Both the position numbers and the translations under genes were made by a program. Below the pieces are notes generated by a model. It did not search any database. It was not told the DNA's origin and was given only the letters and a program-made list of their open reading frames with translations. Below are positions 28,025 through 40,222 of a stretch of 64,000 nucleotides of DNA, piece by piece. How positions within the stretch are numbered: the stretch's first letter is position 1; each line of letters starts with the position of its first letter. This stretch comes from Eledone cirrhosa (taxonomy: Eukaryota), in NCBI GenBank assembly GCA_964016885.1, contig OZ024758.1:7440001-7504000 (forward strand). The letters are read 5' to 3'.

Positions 28025-28157
28025 ATGTGTGTGTGTGTGCGTATCTGTGAGTGTATGTGTGTATGTATATGTGTGTTTTGTGTGTGTGAGAGAGAGAGAG
28101 AGTGTGTGTATGTGAGAGAGAGAGCGTGTGTGTGTATGAGAGAGAGGGAGAGAGAGC

Positions 28158-28240
<83 letters not shown>

Positions 28241-28404
28241 TATGTGTGTGTGAGAGAGAGAGAGCGTGTGTGTGTGTGAGAGAGAGGGTGTGTGTGTGTG
28301 TGAGAGAGAGCGTGTGTGTGTGTGTGAGAGAGAGAGAGCGTGTGTGTGTGTGAGAGAGAGAGAGCGTGTGTATGTGAGAGAGAGAGAGAGAGAGTGTGTG
28401 TGTA

Positions 28405-28450
<46 letters not shown>

Positions 28451-28535
28451 TGTGTGTGTGTGTGTGTATGTGTGAGAGAGAGAGCGTGTGTGTGTGTGAG
28501 AGAGAAAGAGTGTGTGTGTCTGTGTGTGTGTGAGT
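28025..28535. repeat. Alternating (GT)n/(GA)n compound microsatellite
   Basis: Direct reading. Confidence 0.9.
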
Positions 28536-28599
28536 CAACAGTGAGACTCAGATGCATTGCTTGAAATTCCCCAGACACGCCTTCTTACTTCTGATGTTG

Positions 28600-28995
28600 A
28601 GTTGGTCACAGCTTCTAGTTAACTAGGTAAAGCTGTTAGCCATTGGATGGTAAGTGCGACTTATTCTCAACCAGTTGGGAGCTCGCCGTGGAGTTGGCTT
28701 CTGGCTGCTGCTAAATTGGAAGTAATTCGAGAACAAGCTTGCCAGATTGGGCAACAAGTATCGGCCGCTTTCTCTTTCTGATAGGTTTCTGGTCCACCCT
28801 GTGACAGTGGAGACTTCCGGCGTTCTTGGCCCTACTCACCGGATCATATTCCTACTCACAGCTATCGGGGTAAAGTTAGCTACTCGCAAGTGCGAGCCCC
28901 ATGAGGTGGAGTGGCTGTTCTAGCGCATCTCACTCGCCATTGTAACAGGCAATGTCTTCTCCATCTTGTCCGTGGAGACCACGAAGTGGACTAAT
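28600..28995 (+). pseudogene. Decayed C-terminal restriction-like endonuclease region of a CRE-type non-LTR retrotransposon
   Basis: Translation from ~28753: NKYRPLSLSDRFLVHPVTVETSGVLGP...FLLTAIGVKLATRKCEPHEVEWLF*RISLAIVTGNVFSIL. This fits the recalled motif KY..L...F.P..vET.G..G....FL..lg..l......e..wl.qRiSlai.rGN..si. One stop codon and upstream frameshifts. Confidence 0.75.
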
Positions 28996-29299
28996 CCTTT
29001 AACAGCGATACAGATCTATCTATCTATCTATCTATGGGCCTTCTCTCTACATCAGCCTGTAGGTGGAAAAGAGGAAGGAACGAGGGAGCACTCTCTCTCT
29101 GTGTTCCTGAGGAGAAGGGGTTGCACACTTTTTCGGGGGGGTGTGCGACCCCCCCAAACGCCCCCTCCCTATTGAGGACTTTATTGTTAATCTTATATTT
29201 GTTATTTGTTTTCTTTACTCGCCTTTTTGTGTAAACTCCCCCCCCTTGTATTTGTCCCCTTCTTTTGCGCCCTAGTAGCAATAAATAGAAATCTATCTT

Positions 29300-29332
<33 letters not shown>

Positions 29333-29333
29333 A

Positions 29334-29392
<59 letters not shown>

Positions 29393-29600
29393 ATATATAT
29401 ATATAAAATCTTTTCCTGAGTCCAACCATTTTCGTTGCTATGGCAATGCGGCTGGACTGCCGATCGCTATATTTGATTTGCAAAGGTGTCTAAACGTATT
29501 GTTATTACTCTGGGGTATTATTCTCTATCGAGTGCTAAAGCTACATTCCGAATTTGCATTGGTTAGCTTAGCCACAGCCTAAAGCTTCGTTAATGCTGTA

Positions 29601-29669
<69 letters not shown>

Positions 29670-29834
29670 GGTTATGCACGAGTGCATTAATGTTTTCCAG
29701 GACACAGTGTTATGTACCGTGTAGTGGAATGTCAGCTTACAGATGTAGCGAGATCTAGGCAAATTGATGTCTATTGAAACGTACGTAAGAACCGAATAAA
29801 TCTCTTTTACTGCATCTTTCTGTTCTTTTTAATT

Positions 29835-29872
<38 letters not shown>

Positions 29873-30272
29873 CATAATAAATTATCGTTTAAGGTAATCT
29901 AGTTAGAGGTTATGAGTACTTTGTACTGTGGATAGTTTTAACGTACGGCGTTGTTTGACCCAACAAGAAGTTTCTTTAGTTAGGTGGCGAGTTTACTAGA
30001 ATTCCCATACAGGTGATTCTTGGAGTAGTAATAGTGAAAGAGTGAATAATAACATGGCTGACTGTACAAAAAGGGTTTTATTTACAGTATTAACAATTGT
30101 TTCATTGATCAAATAAACCTAAAGGCGGCTAATCATTAGAAATGATGTCACTCTGCCTTAAATACAATGTGTGTTTCTGATCAAATCATCGGAATACTGA
30201 AGGATGTAACACAGGGCACTATGTATGTATATGTATATACATATATACACGTACATATGTGTGTGTGTGAAT

Positions 30273-30325
<53 letters not shown>

Positions 30326-30497
30326 GTTCCTTCACGCACAAGGCGCCAAGGTACGCATGTATTGTCCAACCAAATGCCAGTGTGGTTCAATGGCGGGTTA
30401 ATAAATTAACGAGCCAGAACAAATATAAACAAGGTTTAGTAAATAATGAAAAAGTTTCAAAATAAATTTTAAAAAATTGACTTTACCTACTATAGTT

Positions 30498-30581
30498 ACC
30501 TTTACCGATCGGTTTCGAATCCCAAAAATAAAACGGAGACCATACGGCCTTCGTTGCAAAGAAAGATTCTCGTCAGAAGGT
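30498..30581 (-). ncRNA. Type I hammerhead ribozyme with a large stem II loop
   Basis: acctt-CTGACGA-gaatc(43-nt loop)gattc-GAA-ACCGATCGGT-A-aaggt. Stems I and II are perfect 5 bp; stem/loop III is a perfect 10-nt palindrome; GUA cleavage site. Confidence 0.8.
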
Positions 30582-30761
30582 TCTTTTCATTCAAAGAATA
30601 TAAAATTCCTGAATTTAAATCACAAACTAGCGCTATCAAAGACTGTTCCTGGGATGATATATATATATATATATAATATTTGATGAAACATATTATATGA
30701 ATATATAATATAACATTTAAATATATATGTATATATACGTGTGTGAGTGTGTGTGTGTATT

Positions 30762-30794
<33 letters not shown>

Positions 30795-30809
30795 CCACAC
30801 TGTAAACGT

Positions 30810-30955
30810 GGTTGGTGTTAGGAAGGGCATCCAGCCGTAGAAAACCCGCCAGACAGTCCTGAGAAAGACAACCAATCTTGCCTCAAGTGGGACAATTCCC
30901 GTCCAGACCCATGCTAGCGTGGAAAATGGATGTTAAATGATGATGATGATGATGA

Positions 30956-30958
<3 letters not shown>
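30810..30958 (+). mobile_element. SINE/LINE 3' tail fragment ending in (GAT)n
   Basis: gttggtgttaggaagggcatccagccgtagaaa...ggatgttaaa(tga)n. Confidence 0.55.
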
Positions 30959-30990
<32 letters not shown>

Positions 30991-31079
30991 ACACAGTTTT
31001 TCAATTGTCAGTAGTAGATTGCACTACTTTTCAGAACTATACGTTACTTTTTTTATCTTTTTGGTTGCTTGTTATTTTT

Positions 31080-31268
31080 GAGGACGCCAATCCATTACAG
31101 GGTTAAACCTCAAGCTATTACTGGTACTCATTTTCAGCTGAGTATAATGGAGCAACATGAAATGAAGTGTTTTGCTCAAGAACACAACACAGAACCCAGC
31201 CCAGGAATCAAACCCACGACATTATGATCGTAAGTCCAACACCCTTACCACTAGGCCACACGCCTTCA
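31080..31268 (-). mobile_element. SINE family 2
   Basis: Homologous to 32265-32535. Confidence 0.8.
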
Positions 31269-32264
31269 CTAGTAACAGTCTGGTGTTATGATAAACGACA
31301 AACAAAATTGTATTAGAATTTTTAAGGTCAATTAATACCTGTTCCAGGAACTACTGCTGAAGTGTTGAAGTTGTGAACAGCTTCTTCGACATTGTGGGAA
31401 TTAATATTAAAGATTCTTTAGCTGTTGTAACGGATGTAACTTTAAACCTTTGTGACGTTAATAATTATTTCCACTGATCTGCGCTGCGAAGAAAATTTTG
31501 CATGGAAATATCTAAATTAATCGATAGTGGTTAGCGAGATGTATCTATTCCAAAAGAATTCTTACCCTTTGAAATACATTAGAATTAACTTTTCAAATGA
31601 CATCTTCTAGTTGTGACAAGTATTTACAAGGGAATTACGTGCTATGTACTCAGACGCGACTAATGAGACCTGTATTGAATGTATTTCAAAGAAATAATAA
31701 AAAAAAGTTCCTCTTCCAAAACAGAAATGGTGGATCATTGTAATATTTTCGATGAACTTTGCATTTTTACAGAGTGTATTCTTGGAAGAATTTTACATCT
31801 TCAATATGTGTGTCTTAAAACGAATTCCGATATTGAATCACAGTATCTCCCACGTGAAAAAAATTAACTTCGAATATGAATTCTCTAAATTCTTGGCTAA
31901 TAAAATTTCATCAAAACAAATTTCCCAAGAACAAAGAAACTCTATAAAAATGATGCCAAAGATATATATATATATATTTTTTTTTTTTTAACGAACATGC
32001 AAAGAACTTCTGAACTGTATCAGCAGAAATATTGGAACCTTTCAAAAGATTAAAAAAATATTCCCCAAAGTGTTTGTTTTAGTCATATTAGATCTCTTTT
32101 ACAGCTGTTCCTTTTACGTTGACTAATCAATATATAATTGGAGAAACAGAGAACCAGTAACCTAAACTGCTAACATTGGAAACGTATATTTCCTCAAAAC
32201 ATTTCTATTGATTGGTTAGGATGTTAGTTTAAAGTAGTAACACTTACAGACATTTAGTCTGTCT

Positions 32265-32535
32265 CGAGTCCGGAGGCTCATATGGCTGATACTTATCCTG
32301 GTTTCCATGGCGGGAAGCGACTGAGATTACAAGACTCCCCCCTGGACAGGACACCAGTCCACCACAGGGTTAAACCCCCAGCTATTGCTGGTACTCACTT
32401 TCAGCTGAGTATACTGGGGCAACGTGAAATGAAGTGCTTTGCTCAAGAACACAGCACACAACTCAGTCCAGGAATCGAACACACGACATTATGATCGTAT
32501 GTCCGACACCTTTACCACTAGGCCACGTTCCTTCA
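32265..32535 (-). mobile_element. SINE family 2, near full length
   Basis: Reverse complement shows gtggcctagtggtaaagg (A-box), gttcgattcc (B-box), gtgttcttgagcaaagcactt (CORE-like), and accctgtggtggactggtgtcctgtccagggggg. Confidence 0.85.
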
Positions 32536-32656
32536 GTACCTATAAAGAGAGCTGTGATTAATTTCACCTCTTCTTATTAATAACTGCATTGTTTATTTCC
32601 ATCTTCGTCAACCTATTAACTGTTCAGCCCCCTCCCCACACACACACACACCACAC

Positions 32657-32727
<71 letters not shown>

Positions 32728-32854
32728 AAAATTAAGATAAATCAAAATGAATTTAATCTAAATCAAAATTATGGGTGTCATGCCAGAAAGACATGCGCCA
32801 TATCACCCGCAAAATAAGCTCTAAGATTCTAACGAATAGGTCCGAGCATTTTAT

Positions 32855-32938
<84 letters not shown>

Positions 32939-33081
32939 AAATAGTAGAAAGGAAAAAAAATTTTTCAGTGAAATATCAAAACATTAATTTATTTACAATA
33001 CCGGTTTCAGCATTAAATGCATTGTCTATTGCAGATATGCAGAATATTGTTAAGTTGCATATTTGTACAAATAGTGGTAAT

Positions 33082-33186
33082 AATTGTTTCTACTTTTAGT
33101 ACAAGGCCAGCAAATTATCCAGTGTATTACTGGTACTTTATTTTATCAACCCCATAAGGATGAAAGGCAAAGTTAACCTCGGCGGG
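33082..33186 (-). mobile_element. SINE family 1 3' half
   Basis: Match to the reference copy; atagtggtaata occurs on both sides as a probable TSD. Confidence 0.8.
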
Positions 33187-33978
33187 AGGTTATACATAGT
33201 GGTAATAATAATAATAAAAATAAAAAGGGGAAGAAAAATTAATTTTCACATACATGTTCATTCAGAGAAGAGAGTCGTGTCCCCCATTAGTGCTTTGGAA
33301 ACCACAAGCAATCACTAATAACTGGGATGGAGGAGGGGGGGGGGGGAGCAAGCCCTCCTATCCCGATGTCATCTCCAGAGATTCTGGTATTGAAATCCAG
33401 GATTTTGGCAACGGCATTGAACGACAGACCCACGTGGAGATCAATTGTTGAGTCGTTATCGGCTGAGGCCGCTGGTTGACTTATTACATACATATATATT
33501 CATTAATTGGCAGGGCTAGTTTAAAACAGTAATTAAATCATTGCAGCAAAGCCGCAATGATTTACTTTTCCCAAGGAATGAAATAATCTATATTGATACA
33601 ATAGCCATTAGCTGGAGTTCTAAACTTTACAACCATTACAGAAATTATTGATGAATTGTTTAGAATATTGAATTAACATAAATTTCCCAGAGTTAAGGTG
33701 GTTAACTTTCAGCTCAACAAAATGTTGCTTTTTTCCTCGAAAACTAATTAAAAACCTAATGAGAATCATTTACCACAAGAAAATGCCAACGTAGTGCTAA
33801 TAATATTTTGCGACATTGTTAAAAAAAAAAAAAAATAGACATTCTTGCCCAATAAATCCTCTGGAATCCAGAATTTTCTTTCATTCTGTTTTTAACTGTC
33901 CAATAAATCTTTCTTCATTATCTTCTACAAGACACTGGCATACTAAGCAGCCAAGCTATATTCCATCTACTCCTACTC

Positions 33979-34500
<522 letters not shown>

Positions 34501-34850
34501 ATGCAGTCTCTTTCCTTTCGATAAAATAAAGTACCAGTAATACACTGGGATAATTGCTGGCCTTGTGCCAAAAGTAGAAACATTTATTTAGTGGATATTT
34601 CTTCGTGATTGTAAGAGTGTAAAATAGTGAAAGACGGGAATCCATTGAGAAGACAAATGAGAGAAGAAAGTTTGAGAATTGCAGATGTATTATTTGGATC
34701 TTGGATGGCCATTTATGGTTGTTGTTTGTCCCCGGCCCCCACCCCTTCTACTTATGTGACAGGAGGGGAGCAGCACCTGGATTTGACTGAAGACTGGTGT
34801 GAAGGGCATAATCGAGACCATCAAGAAGGACAAACATATATATATATATA

Positions 34851-34889
<39 letters not shown>

Positions 34890-34892
<3 letters not shown>

Positions 34893-35068
34893 AGTCTCTC
34901 CCCCACTCCCCGACACACCCTTGGAACTCTCTTCCCACACACTTTTCGCCTGAAGAAGGGCTTATGTCCGAAACGTCGTTCCCCACTACCATCCCACTCT
35001 CAAGAGCGTGAAACTAATAAACCTTTGTTCGTACTGCCTCTCTGTTTTGTTCCCGTTCCATTTTTCAC
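34890..35068 (+). mobile_element. Family C Penelope-like terminus with a minimal hammerhead (34948-34979)
   Basis: CTGAAGA-a gggc ttat gtcc-GAAA-CGT-C with palindromic ACGT; downstream gagcgtgaaactaataaa and a T-rich stretch; (TA)n on both sides. Stem I is weak. Confidence 0.6.
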
Positions 35069-35070
35069 TA

Positions 35071-35101
<31 letters not shown>

Positions 35102-35108
35102 TATTTTA

Positions 35109-35330
35109 ATTTTATAGAAGGAGCTTCTACAGGACTAGTACTGTTTCATTCAGATGAAATCTTCAGGAAACAGATTTCATCTGAATGAAACAGTACTTCA
35201 GGAAACAGATTTCATCTGAATGAAACAGTACTAGTCCTGTAGAAGCTCCTTCTATAAAATAAAAAAATTTTACTCTGCCATGTATTGAGTACCTTACTTA
35301 CTGTGGTTATCCCCGACTCAATCCGGGACC
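35109..35330 (+). mobile_element. Family A palindromic element with an internal 35-bp duplication
   Basis: Arms attttatagaaggagcttctacaggactagtactgtttcattcagatgaaatct and its reverse complement; same tail as the 11464 copy. Confidence 0.75.
35123..35171 (-). ncRNA. Type I hammerhead ribozyme (family A)
   Basis: gtttc-CTGAAGA-t ttc atct gaa t-GAA-ACAG tactagtc CTGT-A-gaagc. Confidence 0.75.
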
Positions 35331-35357
35331 TATGTATATATATATATATATATATAT

Positions 35358-35531
35358 AGGAAAAAGTATGACCCCGACGGCTATCTCTGGACTAGTCCAG
35401 AAATAGCCGTCGAAACGGCTTGAGCTCTGCCGTCGGGGGTCATACTTTTTCCTATTTCCCACTCTACTACCCTAAGTATTGAGTACTCTGGTGCGTTATG
35501 GTCCATCTGGTTCCTTACCACAATTCATTTG

Positions 35532-35532
<1 letters not shown>
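35358..35532 (+). mobile_element. Family B palindromic (TA)n-embedded element
   Basis: Outer arms ggaaaaagtatgacccc / ggggtcatactttttcc with nested hairpins; tail cactctactaccctaagtattgagtactctggtgcgttatggtccatctggttccttaccaca. Confidence 0.75.
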
Positions 35533-35580
<48 letters not shown>

Positions 35581-36064
35581 TTGCTGCCACTGCTAAAGTT
35601 GTATGTAAAATCTGCAAAAAATATCTCTATCTGGTGGGCTTGAATTGCTGAAGCAACATCCAAGAATGACCCAATAAAGAAAGCAGTTGGTTAATCACAA
35701 TATCACAATTGCCGCGTGTTGTGGTTGACGATCAATATGTCACTTTCAGCAAATAACATCTTATCACACCAAAAGTTTTCGAATGTTAATCGGATTTTTG
35801 TGTTATGCATGTTGTACCTTCGGCGAAAAACAATTTTTATTACATTTCACGATGACAGCTGGAACCGATTAGTCGATTTCGCAACAATGAGGTCGAAATT
35901 CGATTGAAAAGAAAGTGAAATTGTCACCGAGGCCGTCACAAAGACGACAATTGATTTTTAGAATATAGAATCATAAGTTATGTTGCCGCACAGCGAACAA
36001 ATGCCAAAATTGGCTTTCGCTTGTAGTCGTTATTATATACATACACACATTCAGACACTTACAA

Positions 36065-36675
36065 ACACATATACACACATAAATACACATAAATACACAT
36101 AAATACACATACAAATACACGCACATATACACACATAAATACACATAAATACACATACAAATACACGCACATATACACACATAAATACACATAAATACAC
36201 ATACAAATACACGCACATATACACACATAAATACACATAAATACACATACAAATACACGCACATATACACACATAAATACACATAAATACACATACAAAT
36301 ACACGCACATATACACACATAAATACACATAAATACACATACAAATACACGCACATATACACACATAAATACACATAAATACACATACAAATACACGCAC
36401 ATATACACACATAAATACACATAAATACACATACAAATACACGCACATATACACATAAATACACATAAATACACATACAAATACACGCACATATACACAC
36501 ATAAATACACATAAATACACATACAAATACACGCACATATACACACATAAATACACATAAATACACATACAAATACACGCACATATACACACATAAATAC
36601 ACATAAATACACATACAAATACACGCACATATACACACATAAATACACATAAATACACATACAAATACACGCACA
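36065..36675. repeat. 46-bp minisatellite, ~13 copies
   Basis: Unit atatacacacataaatacacataaatacacatacaaatacacgcac. Confidence 0.95.
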
Positions 36676-36774
36676 TTATGACATTATATTGGCTACCGTC
36701 TAGTTTCATACCTGAACAGATCATTTTATTTCAGATAATACATTTCTGCATTAGTTCTATATTTCCCATATATA

Positions 36775-36825
<51 letters not shown>

Positions 36826-36831
<6 letters not shown>

Positions 36832-36930
36832 TTAAAACAATGAAATAAAAAATCAAGTCAATAGAGATAAACTTCACTGTGAAGTATATCTCTAATGACT
36901 TGATTTTTTATTTCATTGTTTTAACTTATA
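36826..36930. repeat. ~52-bp-arm palindrome abutting (TA)n
   Basis: tataagttaaaacaatgaaataaaaaatcaagtca...tgacttgattttttatttcattgttttaacttata. Confidence 0.9.
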
Positions 36931-37449
36931 TCATGACTCTGTTTTCCTTTTAATGTTTTATTGTTTTCCGGGATTTATCTTAACCTACAACATTTTCAAC
37001 ATACGGATTACATTGAGTTCTTCATGCAGAATAGACCCCACGACTTACCGTGGATATCTGTGTGTATATATATATATATATGAGTGTTATTTTGATTTGA
37101 CCTCTTAACTAAGAAGACCTTACGATTATGTTGTACCAATGTGATAAATTAATATGAATTTGTCATTTGATTTTCAGTTTTGTCTTCACTTTACAATATT
37201 TGTAATCAGTAAAAATGCAAGATAAAAAGTGACTAAAATAATTACACAACAAATCAGCTAAATTAACTACGAGTTTCTCTGGTTTTCTCTTCCGTTACGA
37301 TGGTTCCAGAGACGTGAGTCAGAAGGACTACTTTGATGTAGAAACTTATTGAATAATGAACTTAGAGAACGCATCACTTTAAAACAGTTCCAACATGGCG
37401 GATATGATACAACTTCATTGCTGGCGTGTGTGTTTTTATATCAGTAATA

Positions 37450-37650
37450 ATAGGTTCTGATTTAGAAACAGGGCCAACATTTTGAGGGAAGGGGTTAAAC
37501 TGACCCCAGTATGTAACTGGTATTTTATTTTATCGTAAGGATGAAAGGCAAAGCTAGATCTTAGCGGGATTTGAACTCAAAACGAAAAGGGCTGTAACTC
37601 TATGCCGCAGAGCATGGCACCCGACCCCTTACCGATACTGCCAATCCATC
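37450..37650 (-). mobile_element. SINE family 1 (diverged)
   Basis: Match to the reference copy. Confidence 0.8.
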
Positions 37651-37971
37651 AGATTAACGGTGTTCAAAGCTACTATTTACAGTTTAAATATCAGGACGTA
37701 CAGGAATATGAGTTTTATTTTTACATCTTACATATTATTCAATTTCTGATTTAATAATTACTTTTTTCTCTGTTCACTAACTTGTATATTGAAGCTATGT
37801 TTAAAGTTCTTTCTCCTTGTTACATTATAAAGGATTGAATTGAATGTCCATAATTGTTTAAAGTAGCTGACCCCGTGGACATTCCATTGTTCAATTAGAA
37901 ATAACCAAGTCTTGAAGATAAAACATTGCATTTTAGATGTTCCATTTATAAGTTATATAAATTTATATGCA

Positions 37972-38057
<86 letters not shown>

Positions 38058-38503
38058 CATACATACACATACATATACATGTATATATATATACGTGTGT
38101 GTGTGTGTTTGTGTATATCAAAAGTATATATATTGAGTTAGAAACTCAGAATAATCCCTTACAATTAAAATGGCTCAAGGAAAACATTTTCCGAGCCATA
38201 TAATATAATTTAATATAAAATAGAGAGAGAAACACAGATATTTACATATATGTGTTCAAATCAAAAGGGACCCAAGTCGCCGGGGTGAAGAAGATACTAA
38301 CTATGAACAATACGGTTTGCCAGACTCAATTAAAAGAATAAATTAAGAAATAGTACAAACCGAATTGTAATAACTATCAAACATCTGGACAGCCTTTGGT
38401 AGAACTGTTTCGCATCAAGTGAAGGGAATTACCAATTCCATTGCTCTTAATATATATATATATATATATATATAGTTATGTAATAAACGACATAAGGCAA
38501 TTA

Positions 38504-38563
38504 TTCCATTTACCAGTGGTTTCTTAAAAGCAAAAAATTTTGCTTTCAATCATCAGAATGAAA
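38504..38563 (-). ncRNA. Type I hammerhead ribozyme, canonical
   Basis: tttcatt-CTGATGA-ttgaaagcaaa attt tttgcttttaa-GAA-ACC act GGT-A-aatggaa. Stem I 7 bp, stem II 11 bp, stem III 3 bp, GUA site; lies in a ~160-bp island between two (TA)n tracts. Confidence 0.85.
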
Positions 38564-38628
38564 AAAATCCTGGTGTATTTATTGATATTGGATTCTATTG
38601 TTTTTTCCTGCACTTTTCCGACAGAATT

Positions 38629-38685
<57 letters not shown>

Positions 38686-38760
38686 GTAATATATCCAATA
38701 AATTCCATTCGTCGCAACACTGATTCTCTTTTTTTCTGTGATATATATACATATATATAT

Positions 38761-38940
38761 GAAATAATCGGGACCCTGGCGAATGAACTCTTGCCGTTTC
38801 AACAACTAATTCAGAACTAGCTATTGAAAAGGCAAGAGCTCACCCGTCAGGCTCCTAACTCTTTCATATTACCACACTCTACTACCTCAAAACAAAAATC
38901 GAATACTCTGGTGAGTAATGGTCTAACGGGAATACTTAAC
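38761..38940 (+). mobile_element. Old degenerate family B element
   Basis: Arms ctcttgccgtttcaa...ttgaaaaggcaagag; tail cacactctactacc...gaatactctggtgagtaatggtc. Confidence 0.6.
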
Positions 38941-38949
38941 ATATATATA

Positions 38950-39120
38950 TGGCAGTATCGCAATCTATGCTTTCCAGCATAGAGTTACGCCCCTTTACAG
39001 TCTGAGTTCAAATCTCACCGAAGTTAACTTTGCCTTTCATCCTTACGGGGTCGATAACATAAAGTAGCAGTAATGCGCTGGGATAATTGCTGGCCTTGTG
39101 CCAAAAAGTAGAAACAATTA
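38950..39120 (+). mobile_element. SINE family 1
   Basis: Match to the reference copy. Confidence 0.85.
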
Positions 39121-39804
39121 TATATGTGTACAAGTTTACTTATATAAAGTTAACTATACTTTTCTATTACACATTACGTATAGAAATGTATAAATTTTTT
39201 GGTAGTTCGTGAAACTCTGAAATACCTTAGCTGGTGATTTATCACTGAGCTACCAATTTATTCAGATTCAAATATGTCAAATTGAAGAATTAACGTTTCG
39301 GTGTGTGTCTAGGAAAAATGGTGTTACTAGTAACGAATATATTCTGTGAGTCTTTCGTAAATTTGCGGTGGCAATTCATCACTTAATGTCAATTTATTTA
39401 AAATTAATGATGCCGTATCACGCATGGTTTTTCATTTTTTTTTTCCACGTATAAATTATAATGGAACAAAAGTCAAACACCTTTATAGCGCTGTAGCTGT
39501 AGCTGTACATTTTTTCTGTCGTGAAACAAAGCAGTGCAGAAAACAAAATGGCAGTTTTACGTTTTATCCTGTACATACATTAAAGTTTTTAGAGAAAATA
39601 AAGTCAGGGAAGGGAATAGAAGGCCGGTTGGCGAGGAAAGTAATTACGCAAGTCAGAGATAAAAGATTTCTTCGATTTGTGAGAGAAAAATTGGTCAGCC
39701 TCAGACGTAGGAAAGTTAAGAGAGGTGAAGAACTTCCATTTTGGTTCAATAAAATATTCAAATCAGAGTCAATGATTTCATTCCGTTGTTTCTAAAACTA
39801 GATG

Positions 39805-40222
39805 CCATCGTCATTCATCGGCGTCATCATCATCTTCATCATCATCATCGCCGTCATCATTGTTATCATCACCATTCTCCTCACCATCGGCATCATCACC
39901 ATCATCATCATCACCACCATCATCATCATCAACACCACCACCACCATCATCACCACCACCACCATCATCACCACCACCATCATCATCACCACCACCACCA
40001 TCACCACCACCATTATCATCATCACCACCACCATCATCACCACCATTATCATCATCACCACCACACCATCATCATCACCACCACCACCATCACCACCACC
40101 ACCACCATTATCATCATCACCACCACCATCATCACCACCATCAACATCATCACCATCATCACCATCATCATCACCATCATCACGACCACCACCACCACCA
40201 TCATCATCAACATCACCACCAT
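39805..40222. repeat. (CAT/CAC)n trinucleotide tract
   Basis: Direct reading. Confidence 0.9.

Noticed and set aside
33254-33451. ISRDSGIEI resembling the NRDxG motif of Penelope GIY-YIG C-termini
   Set aside because: Too short, and on the opposite strand to the nearby decayed hammerhead.
34627-34830. PLRRQMREE peptide plus CTGAAGA...GAGAC as a possible Penelope end
   Set aside because: The GAAA and cleavage triplet are broken and stem II is unconvincing; not supportable without a search.
35585-35640. AKVVCKICKK, possible BED zinc-finger fragment of a hAT transposase
   Set aside because: Only one CxxC, no His pair and no extended frame.
39424-39795. 123-aa basic ORF
   Set aside because: No recognisable domain or splice pattern; the length is compatible with chance.
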